In this document: piece by piece, positions 39,661 through 48,987 of the stretch
Layout of the letters: every line of letters begins with the position of its first letter
How positions within the stretch are numbered: the first letter of the stretch is position 1
DNA from: Candidatus Latescibacterota bacterium
GTDB taxonomy: Bacteria; Latescibacterota; UBA2968; GCA-2709665
DNA length: 64,000 nucleotides
Assembly (NCBI GenBank): GCA_965116875.1
Contig: OZ220733.1
Location: 2,496,001-2,560,000, forward strand
Reading direction: 5' to 3'
The notes under the pieces: generated by a model
Told to the model about the DNA's origin: nothing
Seen by the model: the letters and a program-made list of their open reading frames with translations, nothing else
The model's database searches: none
Translations under genes and position numbers: made by a program

Positions 39661-41208
39661 TTAATCCCGGTCGAATAGACGCACCTGGGTATCGTCTGCA
39701 AGCGCCAGTTCGTAGCAGACGGCCTCGCTGTCCGTGCGCACCAGCAGATAGGGTGCGGCAAAGGACGGGGGATTCCAGGTTTTGCCCGCGAAGGCCGTCA
39801 TGCGCGCCAGTTCGACGTGGCGGTCCGGGCGGGCCTCGACCAGTACCACGTCGCCCGTTTCGCTCATGATCAGCAGGACGTCGTCTATCAGGATGAGCTG
39901 GCCGTGGCCGTAGCGCCCGCGCTTCCAGCGGCGCTTGCCGTCTTGCGGGTCCAGGCAGACCAGCACCCCGTCGTCGAGGCCATAGACAAAACCGTCGCGA
40001 TAGACCATGTTGGCAAACTTGGCCTTGAGCCTTGGGCTCTTCCAGACGATATCGCTCGTCAAGCCGCCGCCGGCATCGGCGTTTACCTGATACAGCCTGG
40101 CGCCAATGCCGTAGCCGGTGGAGACCAGAACCCGGTTCTCCGGCAAGGTCAGTGGGTTGGCAACGCACTGGACCTGGTCCCAGGGCTGACGCCAGAGGGG
40201 TGCGCCACTGTGCGGATCGTGCGCGACCACACTGTGGCTGTTGAAGATCAGGATCTGCTCGCGTCCGGCCAGCGTGACCAGACGCGGCGAACTGTAACCG
40301 GCCCTGTCCGTGCCCCCGCCCCAGACAAACGCGCCGGTCTGACGGTGATAGGCAACCAGCGAGCGCTCATCCGGGCCCCCTGCACTGACCACGACCAGGG
40401 TGTCTAGAACCAGAGGCGAACAGCTGATGCCCCACGCATTGGCCTCGGCCCGGTTGTCGGCGAGGATGTCCCGCGACCAGATCAGCGCCCCGCCGGCCAG
40501 ATCCAGACAATTCAGGATGCCGGTCGCGCCCAGGGTGAAAACCCGGTCTCCAGCGACGGTAGGCGTAGCGCGCGGACCGACGCCGGCGACGGCGGACTCG
40601 TAGCGAGTCGAGTCGGCGTGGCGCCAGAGCATGCGGCCCGTTGCCAGGTCGTAGCAGACAACCTGCTCCTCGGGGCCGTGTTGCTCCTGGGTTACGGCCC
40701 GGCCTCCGGCAATGGCAAAAGAGGACCAGGCGGCGCCGACCGGGCGACGCCAGATTTCACGCGGCGGGCGCCTGGTCCAGTCGCGCTCGAGGCGGACGCC
40801 CCGGAGGCGGTTGTTGCGCTCGGGGCCGAGAAATTGCGGCCAATCGCGGGCGTCGAGCGCGGTGGCGGCCCCGCCCTCCGCGACGGCGGCTTCTTCCTCA
40901 GCACTCCAGCGCCATTCGAGGACCGGTACGAAATCGCCGCTCAACCCCTTGACGCGAAAAAGCCCGATGCCAAGCGCAATGACGAAGAGAATGCCGCCGA
41001 AATACCTCAGACGCTGTCCCCAGGCCAGCCGCGATGCAAAGAGCAGCCAGAGCAAAGCAAGGATAACGGCGAGTATGGAGATGCCCATGGTGCGCATCAC
41101 CTGTTGCTGGCGATGGAGGGACTCGGGCAGCCAGATCAGCAGGAGCGCCAGGACGACGATGCCTGCGAGCAGATAAAGAGGCCACAATCGAGGGCCGGTC
41201 GAGGACAT
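39661..41208 (-). CDS. Membrane-anchored PQQ-binding-like (BamB-type) beta-propeller protein
   Basis: 3 N-terminal TMs, DWPQFLGPERN, GPRATPTV, GYSSP, KTWNPP. Confidence 0.85.
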   Translation of the reverse strand: MSSTGPRLWPLYLLAGIVVLALLLIWLPESLHRQQQVMRTMGISILAVILALLWLLFASRLAWGQRLRYFGGILFVIALGIGLFRVKGLSGDFVPVLEWRWSAEEEAAVAEGGAATALDARDWPQFLGPERNNRLRGVRLERDWTRRPPREIWRRPVGAAWSSFAIAGGRAVTQEQHGPEEQVVCYDLATGRMLWRHADSTRYESAVAGVGPRATPTVAGDRVFTLGATGILNCLDLAGGALIWSRDILADNRAEANAWGISCSPLVLDTLVVVSAGGPDERSLVAYHRQTGAFVWGGGTDRAGYSSPRLVTLAGREQILIFNSHSVVAHDPHSGAPLWRQPWDQVQCVANPLTLPENRVLVSTGYGIGARLYQVNADAGGGLTSDIVWKSPRLKAKFANMVYRDGFVYGLDDGVLVCLDPQDGKRRWKRGRYGHGQLILIDDVLLIMSETGDVVLVEARPDRHVELARMTAFAGKTWNPPSFAAPYLLVRTDSEAVCYELALADDTQVRLFDRD

Positions 41209-41342
41209 AGGTATTGTTCGCCTCCGGTGACGGTCTCCAGGCGGACGAAATCGCCGCTGGTGACCGAGAGGGCAATGAGGCCGCGGCGAAACACGGCAAT
41301 GGACAGGAGCCGCCTTTTTAATCTACGTGTTGCAGAACAGCG

Positions 41343-41714
41343 TTAATCGATGGCGTAGGCTTCGATCTCAACGACCAGGTGCGGCTTGAGCAGCGCGGCT
41401 ACGACAACCAGGGTCGAGGCCGGCCGAATCTCGCCAAATACCTCGCGGTGAGCTCGGGTGACGCCCTCTGCGTGGGCTGCATCCGTGATGTACGCCACCG
41501 TCCTCACCACGTCTTCGAGGCTGGCGCCGGTCTCGTCGAGCGCCCCGGCGATGATTCTCAATGCGTTCCTGGCCTGCTCGTAGGCATCGCCATGGTCATG
41601 CGGCGGCTGGGCGCAGGTTCCGGCGACATGAATGTGACGGTCCGCACGCACGGCGCGTGAATAACCAAATTCCGCGCCAAATGGACTGCTGGTCGGTATG
41701 CGTTTGCGTTTCAT
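41343..41714 (-). CDS. RidA family protein
   Basis: GYSRAVR, DVVRT, RPASTLVVV..L....VEIEA. Confidence 0.9.
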   Translation of the reverse strand: MKRKRIPTSSPFGAEFGYSRAVRADRHIHVAGTCAQPPHDHGDAYEQARNALRIIAGALDETGASLEDVVRTVAYITDAAHAEGVTRAHREVFGEIRPASTLVVVAALLKPHLVVEIEAYAID

Positions 41715-41843
41715 GGTTTCCCCTCGTCTTATGGGTTTCTTCGACCGTCGCCCGCGCCTCCAACCGGGGGCGCCGCCGGATCCTTGCGCACGGTTTTTTC
41801 GAACTACATATTATCGATGTGGATATGGGAGATACCCGCTGCT

Positions 41844-42602
41844 TCATTCCACGTCGAGGATGTAGCGCGCCAGCGGCGAGAGCCGTTTGTCGGTTTCGGG
41901 CCGCAGGTACTCGCGCTGGTTGGTCTGCTGGGCGTGCTCGCGGGCGATGAAGGCGCAGTGCAGGGTGCGGCGAGGGGCATCGGTGCGATTGCGGTATGAG
42001 CCGTGCCAGAGGCTGCCGTTGAATACGGCGACCGAGCCGGCGCGTCCGGTCAGTTGTACCTGGTCCGGGTGATCGGCCATGGCGTCGGCTACGTGGTCCG
42101 AGGCCCTGCCGGGTCTGCGATGGCTGGCCGGAATGCAGCGGGTGGCCCCGTTTGCCCGCGTGAAATCATCCAGCATCCACATGGAATTGACAACGTGATA
42201 CTGCCCTCCGGCCACGGTGGGCCCGCCCCAATCCGTGTGCAGGCCCTGCAACCCGCTGCCGGGTAGCGGATCGTGACCGTTGAGCGAGTGCAGCTTGAAC
42301 GGCCGCCGCAGGACGTGCCAGACCGCCGAGAGAAGCGTCGGTTGCAGGTATACGTCGTCGAAGACCGTCCCCTTGTTGACCAGGTCGGCGAGGCGGCGCA
42401 CGCCTTCCATCTGAGCGACCTCAACGCCGGCCTTGTCGCCCTCGCGGGCGAAGATTTCGTCAAAGGCCTGGCGCAGCGCTGCCAGCCACCCGGGAGCGAT
42501 GACGTTTTCAAGAATGACGAAGCCATTGGCGTCCAGGGCGCTGCATTGGTCGGACGTCAGCGGCCCGGGGATGAACCCCCGTTTCAACAATTCGCCGTCC
42601 AT
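41844..42602 (-). CDS. Phytanoyl-CoA dioxygenase family protein
   Basis: LDANGFV, LHTDW, NGATRCIPASH, LWHG; real start MDGELL (the 751-aa ORF is over-extended). Confidence 0.88.
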   Translation of the reverse strand: MDGELLKRGFIPGPLTSDQCSALDANGFVILENVIAPGWLAALRQAFDEIFAREGDKAGVEVAQMEGVRRLADLVNKGTVFDDVYLQPTLLSAVWHVLRRPFKLHSLNGHDPLPGSGLQGLHTDWGGPTVAGGQYHVVNSMWMLDDFTRANGATRCIPASHRRPGRASDHVADAMADHPDQVQLTGRAGSVAVFNGSLWHGSYRNRTDAPRRTLHCAFIAREHAQQTNQREYLRPETDKRLSPLARYILDVE

Positions 42603-42629
42603 AGTGGATGATCCTCGGGAAAGTACATC

Positions 42630-43223
42630 ATGCCCCGCAAGAGCAGGGTCCTCAACGTTGGTGATACGGCCCCGCTGTTCACGCTTCCTTTGCACCAGCA
42701 GCGAGAGGTGTCGCTGGCGTCGCATCGGGAAAAGGAACACGTCGTTCTGACGTTCTTCCGGGGGACCTGGTGACGGAGAAGCCGTCGTCAGTTGGCGACC
42801 GCACAGGAACACGTCGAAGCGTACGCCGAACGGAACGCGACGTCGATCGCTGTCGGCGCGGGACAGCCGCTCTGCCAGATGCGTGAATACGCCGAACGCA
42901 ATGGCATCACGTTTCCGCTTCTGGCGGACGAAGACTGGAGCGTCATCAGGAGTTACGAGGTCGGCCACTGGTTCGCCCTGGCGATGCACAACTTCGCCTA
43001 TACCATCGTCCGCCCCGCGACGTTCGTCATCGACAGACTCGGCTTTGCCATGCACGAATGGACCGGCCTGGCGGACCACGTCCTGAGCAACAGCATTGCC
43101 CGCCCCGCGACGTTTGTCGTCGACAGACTCGGCGTGATCAGATATACGTACATCGGATCGAGCCAGTTCGATCTGGCCGAACCGCAGAAAATCCTCGACC
43201 GCCTGGATTCGCTGGCGACATGA
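42630..43223 (+). CDS. AhpC/TSA (peroxiredoxin-like) selenoprotein, Sec at codon 48 in WURRS
   Basis: ATG 42630 is in frame through TGA 42771-42773 into ORF 42792..43223: VGDTAPLFTL...VVLTFFRGTW-U-RRSRRQL...FPLLAD...RPATFVID. Confidence 0.85.
42781..42802 (+). promoter_or_regulatory. Putative bacterial SECIS element
   Basis: GC-C-GTCGTC-AGTT-GGCGAC-C-GC hairpin, loop G at +18 from UGA. Confidence 0.65.
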
Positions 43224-43260
43224 GATCCGCAAAGCGGGACCTCTCCAACGGCCCTCATAC

Positions 43261-43450
43261 CTCTCTCCCCGGCCCTCTCTCCTAAAGGAAAGAGGGAGAA
43301 AGGCCGGACATCGACTCGCCGGTATTCTATAGAGACTCTCATTGAAAGGAAATCGCCGTCCAGGGTAGTTTGCAAGTCCGGCACATCCACCCGTTACCGC
43401 TCCTTCTTCCTTTAGGTCGGGGCCAGGGGGTAGGTCCGGGAGAGGGGAGT
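43261..43450. repeat. Inverted pair of CCTCTCCCCGGCCCTCTCTCC...GGAGAGGG-type palindromic repeats
   Basis: Related copies at ~51512-51559/51705-51745 and ~60121-60164. Confidence 0.6.
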
Positions 43451-43487
43451 TGAGCTGAGGATCATGTAAATTCAAGGGATTATAAAA

Positions 43488-43787
43488 ATGTATAAAGACA
43501 TCATCAGCTACAGGTTGGCGGAGAATATCTCGGAGGAACATCTTCTGGCTGTTGCACGCGACGTTCTGGACAATTGGATGAACCGACAGTCGGGTTTCAT
43601 AAAGTGGGAGATTCACCGGAATCGTGACGGAGGTTACACCGACATTGTCTACTGGGAATCCGAGGCCGACGCGAAGAACGCACAGGCGGACATGGTGAAT
43701 ATCCCAAACGCTGGAGACTGGTATGCCTGCTATGAAGAAGGATCCATATCCAGCATGAATCTCGATCACGTAACAACTTTCAAATAG
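43488..43787 (+). CDS. ABM-like (dimeric alpha/beta barrel) small protein
   Basis: QSGFIKWE...DIVYWESEADAKNA. Confidence 0.7.
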   Translation: MYKDIISYRLAENISEEHLLAVARDVLDNWMNRQSGFIKWEIHRNRDGGYTDIVYWESEADAKNAQADMVNIPNAGDWYACYEEGSISSMNLDHVTTFK

Positions 43788-43819
43788 CGGGGGACTGCCA
43801 TAGGATTGATTCAAATCAT

Positions 43820-44011
43820 CTATCCCGGCATGATCCACTAACATCCGGAGCGAGGGCATCCTGCCCTCGTACTTCGTGTGACCCATCAATACCCGAATCA
43901 TTGAAAATGACAGTGCCAGAGCCGCGCGAATCAGCCATCGAGGGCAGGATGCCCTCGCTCCCGGGAACGCCAACCACACCGGTCCCAGGTTGGTTTCTGT
44001 CCTGGACAGCA
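43820..44011. repeat. REPIN-like element copy 2
   Basis: REPs at 43845-43869 and 43939-43964; shared tail CCCGGGAACGCC...GGTTTCTGTCCTGGACAGC. Confidence 0.8.
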
Positions 44012-44072
44012 GTGATCCTCTAACGTTGGATTGATCTTCCGATATATGATTCAATCCATCCAGGAGACGCCC

Positions 44073-44843
44073 ATGCTTACGCAAGCGCAGTTGGCCCAAT
44101 ACGACCGGGACGGGTACGTGCTGGTGTCGGGGCTGATTCCGGAGGAGACGATTGCCGGCGCGGAGGCGGCGATGTGGTCCGTCCTCGGTATGGATCGGAA
44201 CGATCCGGCTTCATGGTCTCCTTTACCGGACGATGCCGACGGCGTTACCACGGTGGCCGGCCAGGGGGTGATCGAACATTTCGGGCTCAAGGACCCCGCA
44301 TTGCTGGCCTGCTGTACGCCCGCGTTTTATGACGTGCAAAGCCGGCTTGTCCGCGAGAATGAGGATGCGTTCCACTGCCGGAGACCTCAGCCCGAAGCCG
44401 TGTGGGCGCGCAGTGTATTTCCGGTCCCCGGAGATTGGAATCACCATAGCGGGCACGCCGATGGCGTTCATCGACCGTTCGGCGTGTTTCCCGGATCATT
44501 CCGCGTCTCGTCGCTCACCTATCTGGATACCGGGGTCGCACGGGGCGGAGGAACCACGGTCTGGCCGGGGTCGCATCGTACGCTCAAAGAGGCGGCGGTG
44601 CGGGACCCTGACAGGTTTCGCATGCTGCCGGATTTACAGAACCCAACGCAAAAGTTCGATCTGAGCGCGCCGATCGAGTTGACGCCGTCCCGGGGCGACG
44701 TTCTGTTCTTCCACTATCTGCTGGTCCACGCCGGGTCGCTCAATACCGGCGACAAACCGCGTTTCGCAATCCGCTGGATGTGTACCTGCGACGCCTGCCG
44801 CATCTGGGAAAAGTACGGCAGGTGGAATATCTGGATGCCATGA
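44073..44843 (+). CDS. Phytanoyl-CoA dioxygenase family protein
   Basis: YDRDGYV, HAD, GGTTVWPGSH, GDVLFFHYLLVHAG; AGGAG RBS before ATG 44073. Confidence 0.85.
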   Translation: MLTQAQLAQYDRDGYVLVSGLIPEETIAGAEAAMWSVLGMDRNDPASWSPLPDDADGVTTVAGQGVIEHFGLKDPALLACCTPAFYDVQSRLVRENEDAFHCRRPQPEAVWARSVFPVPGDWNHHSGHADGVHRPFGVFPGSFRVSSLTYLDTGVARGGGTTVWPGSHRTLKEAAVRDPDRFRMLPDLQNPTQKFDLSAPIELTPSRGDVLFFHYLLVHAGSLNTGDKPRFAIRWMCTCDACRIWEKYGRWNIWMP

Positions 44844-44960
44844 ACGTTGATTGCTAACGCGATGTGGCGAAACGTGGGCATTTCGACAATGGACGACCGT
44901 GCCGCAAACTGCCAGTTTGCGCTACCTGATAAAGCACGATCGGCCTCGAATGAACCAGGG

Positions 44961-45839
44961 CTACCCCTTCTCCGTCATAAACGCCTCGTACAGAGCGAGC
45001 GGTTGCGATAACGATTCGTCGATTTCGGTGACGGCGAAGCGCACCTCCACGGTCCGTTCATCCCCAACGCGGAAGTCATCCCCGAACAGCGAGAGGTAGA
45101 GCGGGTTCTGGTCCCGGAACGGGTCCTTCATGTTATCGCTCTGGTACCCGCTGATGACCGCGTAACAGTCCTGGGGCCTGGACATCAGCACCCCCGCGAC
45201 GCCCTTTTCCAGGTTCGCGCTCATGATCAGCGGCAACTCGAAATAGCGCTGGGGATTCCACTGGTAGAGTCCCCAGATCCGGTCCCATCGCCCGTCCGTT
45301 GACCGCCTCGCCGCGTGCTGGTCCCTCGAAAATACGAGTCCCGTTCCCACGAAAACGTCGTTTACCTCCGGCGCGATCCATCGGGCCCGGTCTGCCGGGA
45401 TATCGAACGGACTGCCCTGAACATACACGTACGGCCGAAGCGACAGATCGAAATAGTTGGACAGGAACACTTCATAGGCCGGGTACGGCCAGTTGGACGC
45501 CACGGTGATCGACAGGTCCACCGCGTTGGGCTCGACAACTTCGTACCTGGCCGTCATCTCCGCCTTGTGATCGTCCGTCGGCGCCCAGTGCACGTCGATC
45601 CCATTGCCGTCAGACGTAATGCTTCGCTCGTTCTGACGGGCCTGCCCCATGCAGTGGTTCTGCGAAAACATGAAAAACAGATTCAGGAGATCGTACTTCG
45701 GGTGTACTACCTGCGCGCCGGTCGGTTTGTGCGTCAATTCCTTGATCCCATGCCGGTCTCCGTCCGGCTGAATGGTGCCCGCCATCTGCTCCGTCTCGAA
45801 GTGCCAGACGTTCTGCCCGGCATCGTGCCTCAGCGCCAT
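44961..45839 (-). CDS. Hypothetical beta-rich protein (possibly galactose-mutarotase-like supersandwich)
   Basis: 292-aa ORF with GGAGG RBS and host codon usage; last gene of the catabolic run. Confidence 0.65.
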   Translation of the reverse strand: MALRHDAGQNVWHFETEQMAGTIQPDGDRHGIKELTHKPTGAQVVHPKYDLLNLFFMFSQNHCMGQARQNERSITSDGNGIDVHWAPTDDHKAEMTARYEVVEPNAVDLSITVASNWPYPAYEVFLSNYFDLSLRPYVYVQGSPFDIPADRARWIAPEVNDVFVGTGLVFSRDQHAARRSTDGRWDRIWGLYQWNPQRYFELPLIMSANLEKGVAGVLMSRPQDCYAVISGYQSDNMKDPFRDQNPLYLSLFGDDFRVGDERTVEVRFAVTEIDESLSQPLALYEAFMTEKG

Positions 45840-45890
45840 TTCATAACCTCCCTTGAGTTTGTCAATCTCATCCCGTCTGCGTCTGCCGCC

Positions 45891-48425
45891 TCACCTGATC
45901 CGGAGACATCTTGAAAATCCGTACGGATGGACCGGAAGCAGGGGGCCGGGCATCGGCGGCGTATCCCGGACAATCGTCTGCCTGGCGGGGGCCTCGTACC
46001 CGGCGACCCAGGCCTTGACCGTCAGTGCATCCAGGCTGTCGCCCGTAAGATCCACCGTTACCGAGGCCCATCCGCTGTCGTGAATGTTGAAGAGATAGTC
46101 GTCACGTTTCCTCGGTCCCACGGGGGGCAGGAACCGGGCCGAGCCGTGGCTGCTTCGGCCCTGCCGGTGGATGCGCTGGGTCACGTACGCGTATCGCGCC
46201 GGCACCCCCTTGTACCGGGATCCGCCGGCGCGGATGCTCACGCCATCCAGCACCTCTTCCGGTCCGAGCAGGACAACCTGCAGTTCCGGCCGCTCGAACC
46301 GGTGCGGCACCGCGACGTACCACTGCAACGTGTGGGTACCGGCTTTCCGTTCGTCGCAGGTCGTCTCGGCGGAGAGGCCGGGGATCTGCATATCCGGATG
46401 CACCGTGGGCCCCACGCCGCCCGGTAGCCGCCGGTCTCCCGGAAACAGGGTTTCCCATCCTCCATCGCACAACCGCGCCATGAACGGTGCGCCCGGTATG
46501 GGAGAGACGTCCTCCTGCCGTTCGGCATAGATCTTCAGCAGGCGGACTTCATTCCCCAGCAGGGTCACCGACTCCTCCATGTCCTGCCAGAACGGATGAA
46601 CCTGCCGGATGGTTTCGGGCGCGTACGCCAATCCGAGGTCTTCGCGAAGGTCCACCGCCTGCGGCTCGACGGAGGGATTTCGCAACAGCAGCCACGCGCT
46701 GCCGTCCGATGGATGCAGGAAGCCATACACTTCGCCGAAAGCCGGGTTGCCCAGCACCATCCGCGTCTCTTTCGTGCCCAGTTCGTCCGCGTTGAAACGC
46801 ATCCAGTCCATCATCCCCTGGAGGTGCTCCGCCCGGTCCACCCTGAGACTTTCGGGATTGATCGGCATCGGCATATAGGTGGTGCCGCGGCAGGACGCCA
46901 GCACGAGATTATCCAGCCACGTGTGGGGCGGATCGCCGAACGCGTTGGTCAACGCCTGGACGAATTCGTGATTGTCATACCCGTCGAAGAAGATGGGCGT
47001 CTCGGCCTTGCGCATAATCTGATAGTAAACCGTGTCCCGGTGCGTAAGGGCCCGGTCGCGCTGGGTGCGGGCTGGCCACGACGCGTATTCGCAGTCTCCC
47101 GAATGGATCAGCCACGTGTGGTTCGCCAGACACAGCCACCACGGGCTGGGCCACCATCCGTTTCGAGTCACCAGGTTGGGATTGATCGCACGCAGCCGGC
47201 GGTCGATCCGATTGAACGCGTTGATCGAGGCCTCCCGCATGTGGTGTGGAGTCGGGAAACGTTCCTGGAAATCGGGATGGGTGGCGCACTCATTGTCCCA
47301 ATCGATCTTCAGATGGACCGTCCCCACGTCTCGCACGAGCCGCTCCCAGCGCTGCGCCACGGCCTCTTCGAAGGACGGTTGCGCCATGACCACAAAGGTC
47401 CCGCTTCCGTAGGAGCCGGGCCCCTCGCCTACCCGCCAACCCTGTTCCTGAATCCAGTCGGTGTCGAAGCCCACTGGACCGTTGTGCGTCACCCACAGCG
47501 CCAGCGAGAATCCCTTTTGTTTCAAGTTTTCCGCGAACGCGATAAGCCGCGAATCCTCCTCATCGTCGCCCTTGTGCCGGTAGATGGTCTTCCTGTCGAA
47601 CCAGCCCGCGTCAAACGCCAGCGAATCCGGCTTCAGGCCCAGTTCCGATACTGCATCCGCATAGGCCTGGTTCATTTCGAACGAATCGAGATACTCCCGA
47701 TTGCCCAGATAACGCACCGACCACCCCACCGAAAGATGGAAGATCGGCTTCGACAGCCGGGGAAGGCGAATCTGCCACAGATAGTCCATGAACGCATCCC
47801 GCACCGTCTCATGACGCTCTGCCGCGCCGAAGACCGCCGTATAGCTCTCGATGCGCCGTTCATCGTCCCAGACCGGGTGGTGGAAGAGCTCCAGCCTCTC
47901 TCCCGGCACCACAAACCCCACCGGATGCTCAAGTCCGGCAAACCAGTCACCCGCCCACACCGGATACCCGCAGCCCGGTACCGGCGGGGCGTATGAGTCG
48001 AGCCCGGATTGCTCTTCCGCGTCCGGCCCGCCGCGGACGCTGTATCCCACGCGCCGCATCGGCCGCGGAGGATTTTCCTGAATGTCCACCCAGAGACGGT
48101 CCGGCGTGGGCGCGTTTGGGCTGTCCGGCGCCTCGAGCGTCAACTGCTTCCTGAACCAGGGATCCTCTCCCTCGATCCAGTACCGCACCCGGGCCCGAAT
48201 GCCGGTTGTTTCGTGCAGATAGCCGAACACCACGTCGTCCGTTCCGGCCCGCAACTCGGTCTGTACGAAACGGTCCGCCGGAATCTCCACGTCGCCGAGC
48301 CGGATCATGAAGGCCGGAAAGTCGAAGGTACGGCGAAGGCCCGAGCGCCGATTCTCGACCTGAAGTTTGCCGCCCTCCCACTTCAGGGAAAGGGCGCTGT
48401 TCCGGAGTATGCACGGATCGTTCAC
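45891..48425 (-). CDS. Glycoside hydrolase clan-D-like (GH27/36 alpha-galactosidase-type) protein
   Basis: FDAGWF and HLKIDWD motifs, N-terminal beta domain; GTG start with AGGAG RBS. Confidence 0.65.
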   Translation of the reverse strand: MNDPCILRNSALSLKWEGGKLQVENRRSGLRRTFDFPAFMIRLGDVEIPADRFVQTELRAGTDDVVFGYLHETTGIRARVRYWIEGEDPWFRKQLTLEAPDSPNAPTPDRLWVDIQENPPRPMRRVGYSVRGGPDAEEQSGLDSYAPPVPGCGYPVWAGDWFAGLEHPVGFVVPGERLELFHHPVWDDERRIESYTAVFGAAERHETVRDAFMDYLWQIRLPRLSKPIFHLSVGWSVRYLGNREYLDSFEMNQAYADAVSELGLKPDSLAFDAGWFDRKTIYRHKGDDEEDSRLIAFAENLKQKGFSLALWVTHNGPVGFDTDWIQEQGWRVGEGPGSYGSGTFVVMAQPSFEEAVAQRWERLVRDVGTVHLKIDWDNECATHPDFQERFPTPHHMREASINAFNRIDRRLRAINPNLVTRNGWWPSPWWLCLANHTWLIHSGDCEYASWPARTQRDRALTHRDTVYYQIMRKAETPIFFDGYDNHEFVQALTNAFGDPPHTWLDNLVLASCRGTTYMPMPINPESLRVDRAEHLQGMMDWMRFNADELGTKETRMVLGNPAFGEVYGFLHPSDGSAWLLLRNPSVEPQAVDLREDLGLAYAPETIRQVHPFWQDMEESVTLLGNEVRLLKIYAERQEDVSPIPGAPFMARLCDGGWETLFPGDRRLPGGVGPTVHPDMQIPGLSAETTCDERKAGTHTLQWYVAVPHRFERPELQVVLLGPEEVLDGVSIRAGGSRYKGVPARYAYVTQRIHRQGRSSHGSARFLPPVGPRKRDDYLFNIHDSGWASVTVDLTGDSLDALTVKAWVAGYEAPARQTIVRDTPPMPGPLLPVHPYGFSRCLRIR

Positions 48426-48495
48426 GGAGTGTCTCCTCGTAATTTCGATATCCAGGAAAAACCGCGCGGCCGCTTTGCGCTTGCCCTTAGCCGTT

Positions 48496-48940
48496 CCCTT
48501 CGATAAACTCAGGGCAATGCCTTCAATCCTTCGACATTTTGACACCCTTCGACAATCCTTCGGCAGGCTCAGGACAACGGCTCAGGGACCGCCGGCTCAG
48601 GGCAGGTTATGAGTCTCCTGACAGGGACTTAATGACGTCCAATGAACCAAATAACGCGTGGTCATTGAGCATGCCTGCATTGAACTTGTCGAAATGTCGA
48701 AATGCCCGCTATTCAAAAGCCCTTCGACTCTTCGACAATCCTTCGGCAGGCTTGCTTCGACAGGCCACTTCGACAAGCTCAGTGCAGGCAGCACAAGCAG
48801 GACAACGGCTAAGGGACCGCAAGCTCCAGGAACCGGATCGGCTTCTGCGAGTCAGCATTGACACGATCTGTGCTGACAATGAAGGCAGCGTACACGTTAA
48901 GTAGCTCAATGACGGCGTTTCGACAAGCTCAACGAACGTC
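48496..48940. repeat. Cluster of nested CCTTCGACAAGCTCAGG-type palindromic repeats
   Basis: Many (C)CTTCGAC and GCTCAG half-sites in stacked order. Confidence 0.75.
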
Positions 48941-48987
48941 ATTGAGCCCGCAGAAGGTTATCGATCGTTTCCCTCACGATAGTGAAT

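Noticed and set aside
42603-44099. N-terminal ~500 aa of the 751-aa ORF 41844..44099
   Set aside because: Antisense to the Sec-peroxiredoxin, the ABM-like gene and repeats; only the last 252 codons are a PhyH protein
48496-48940. Repeat cluster as a CRISPR array
   Set aside because: Repeats are degenerate, irregularly spaced and nested; no constant-length spacers and no cas genes
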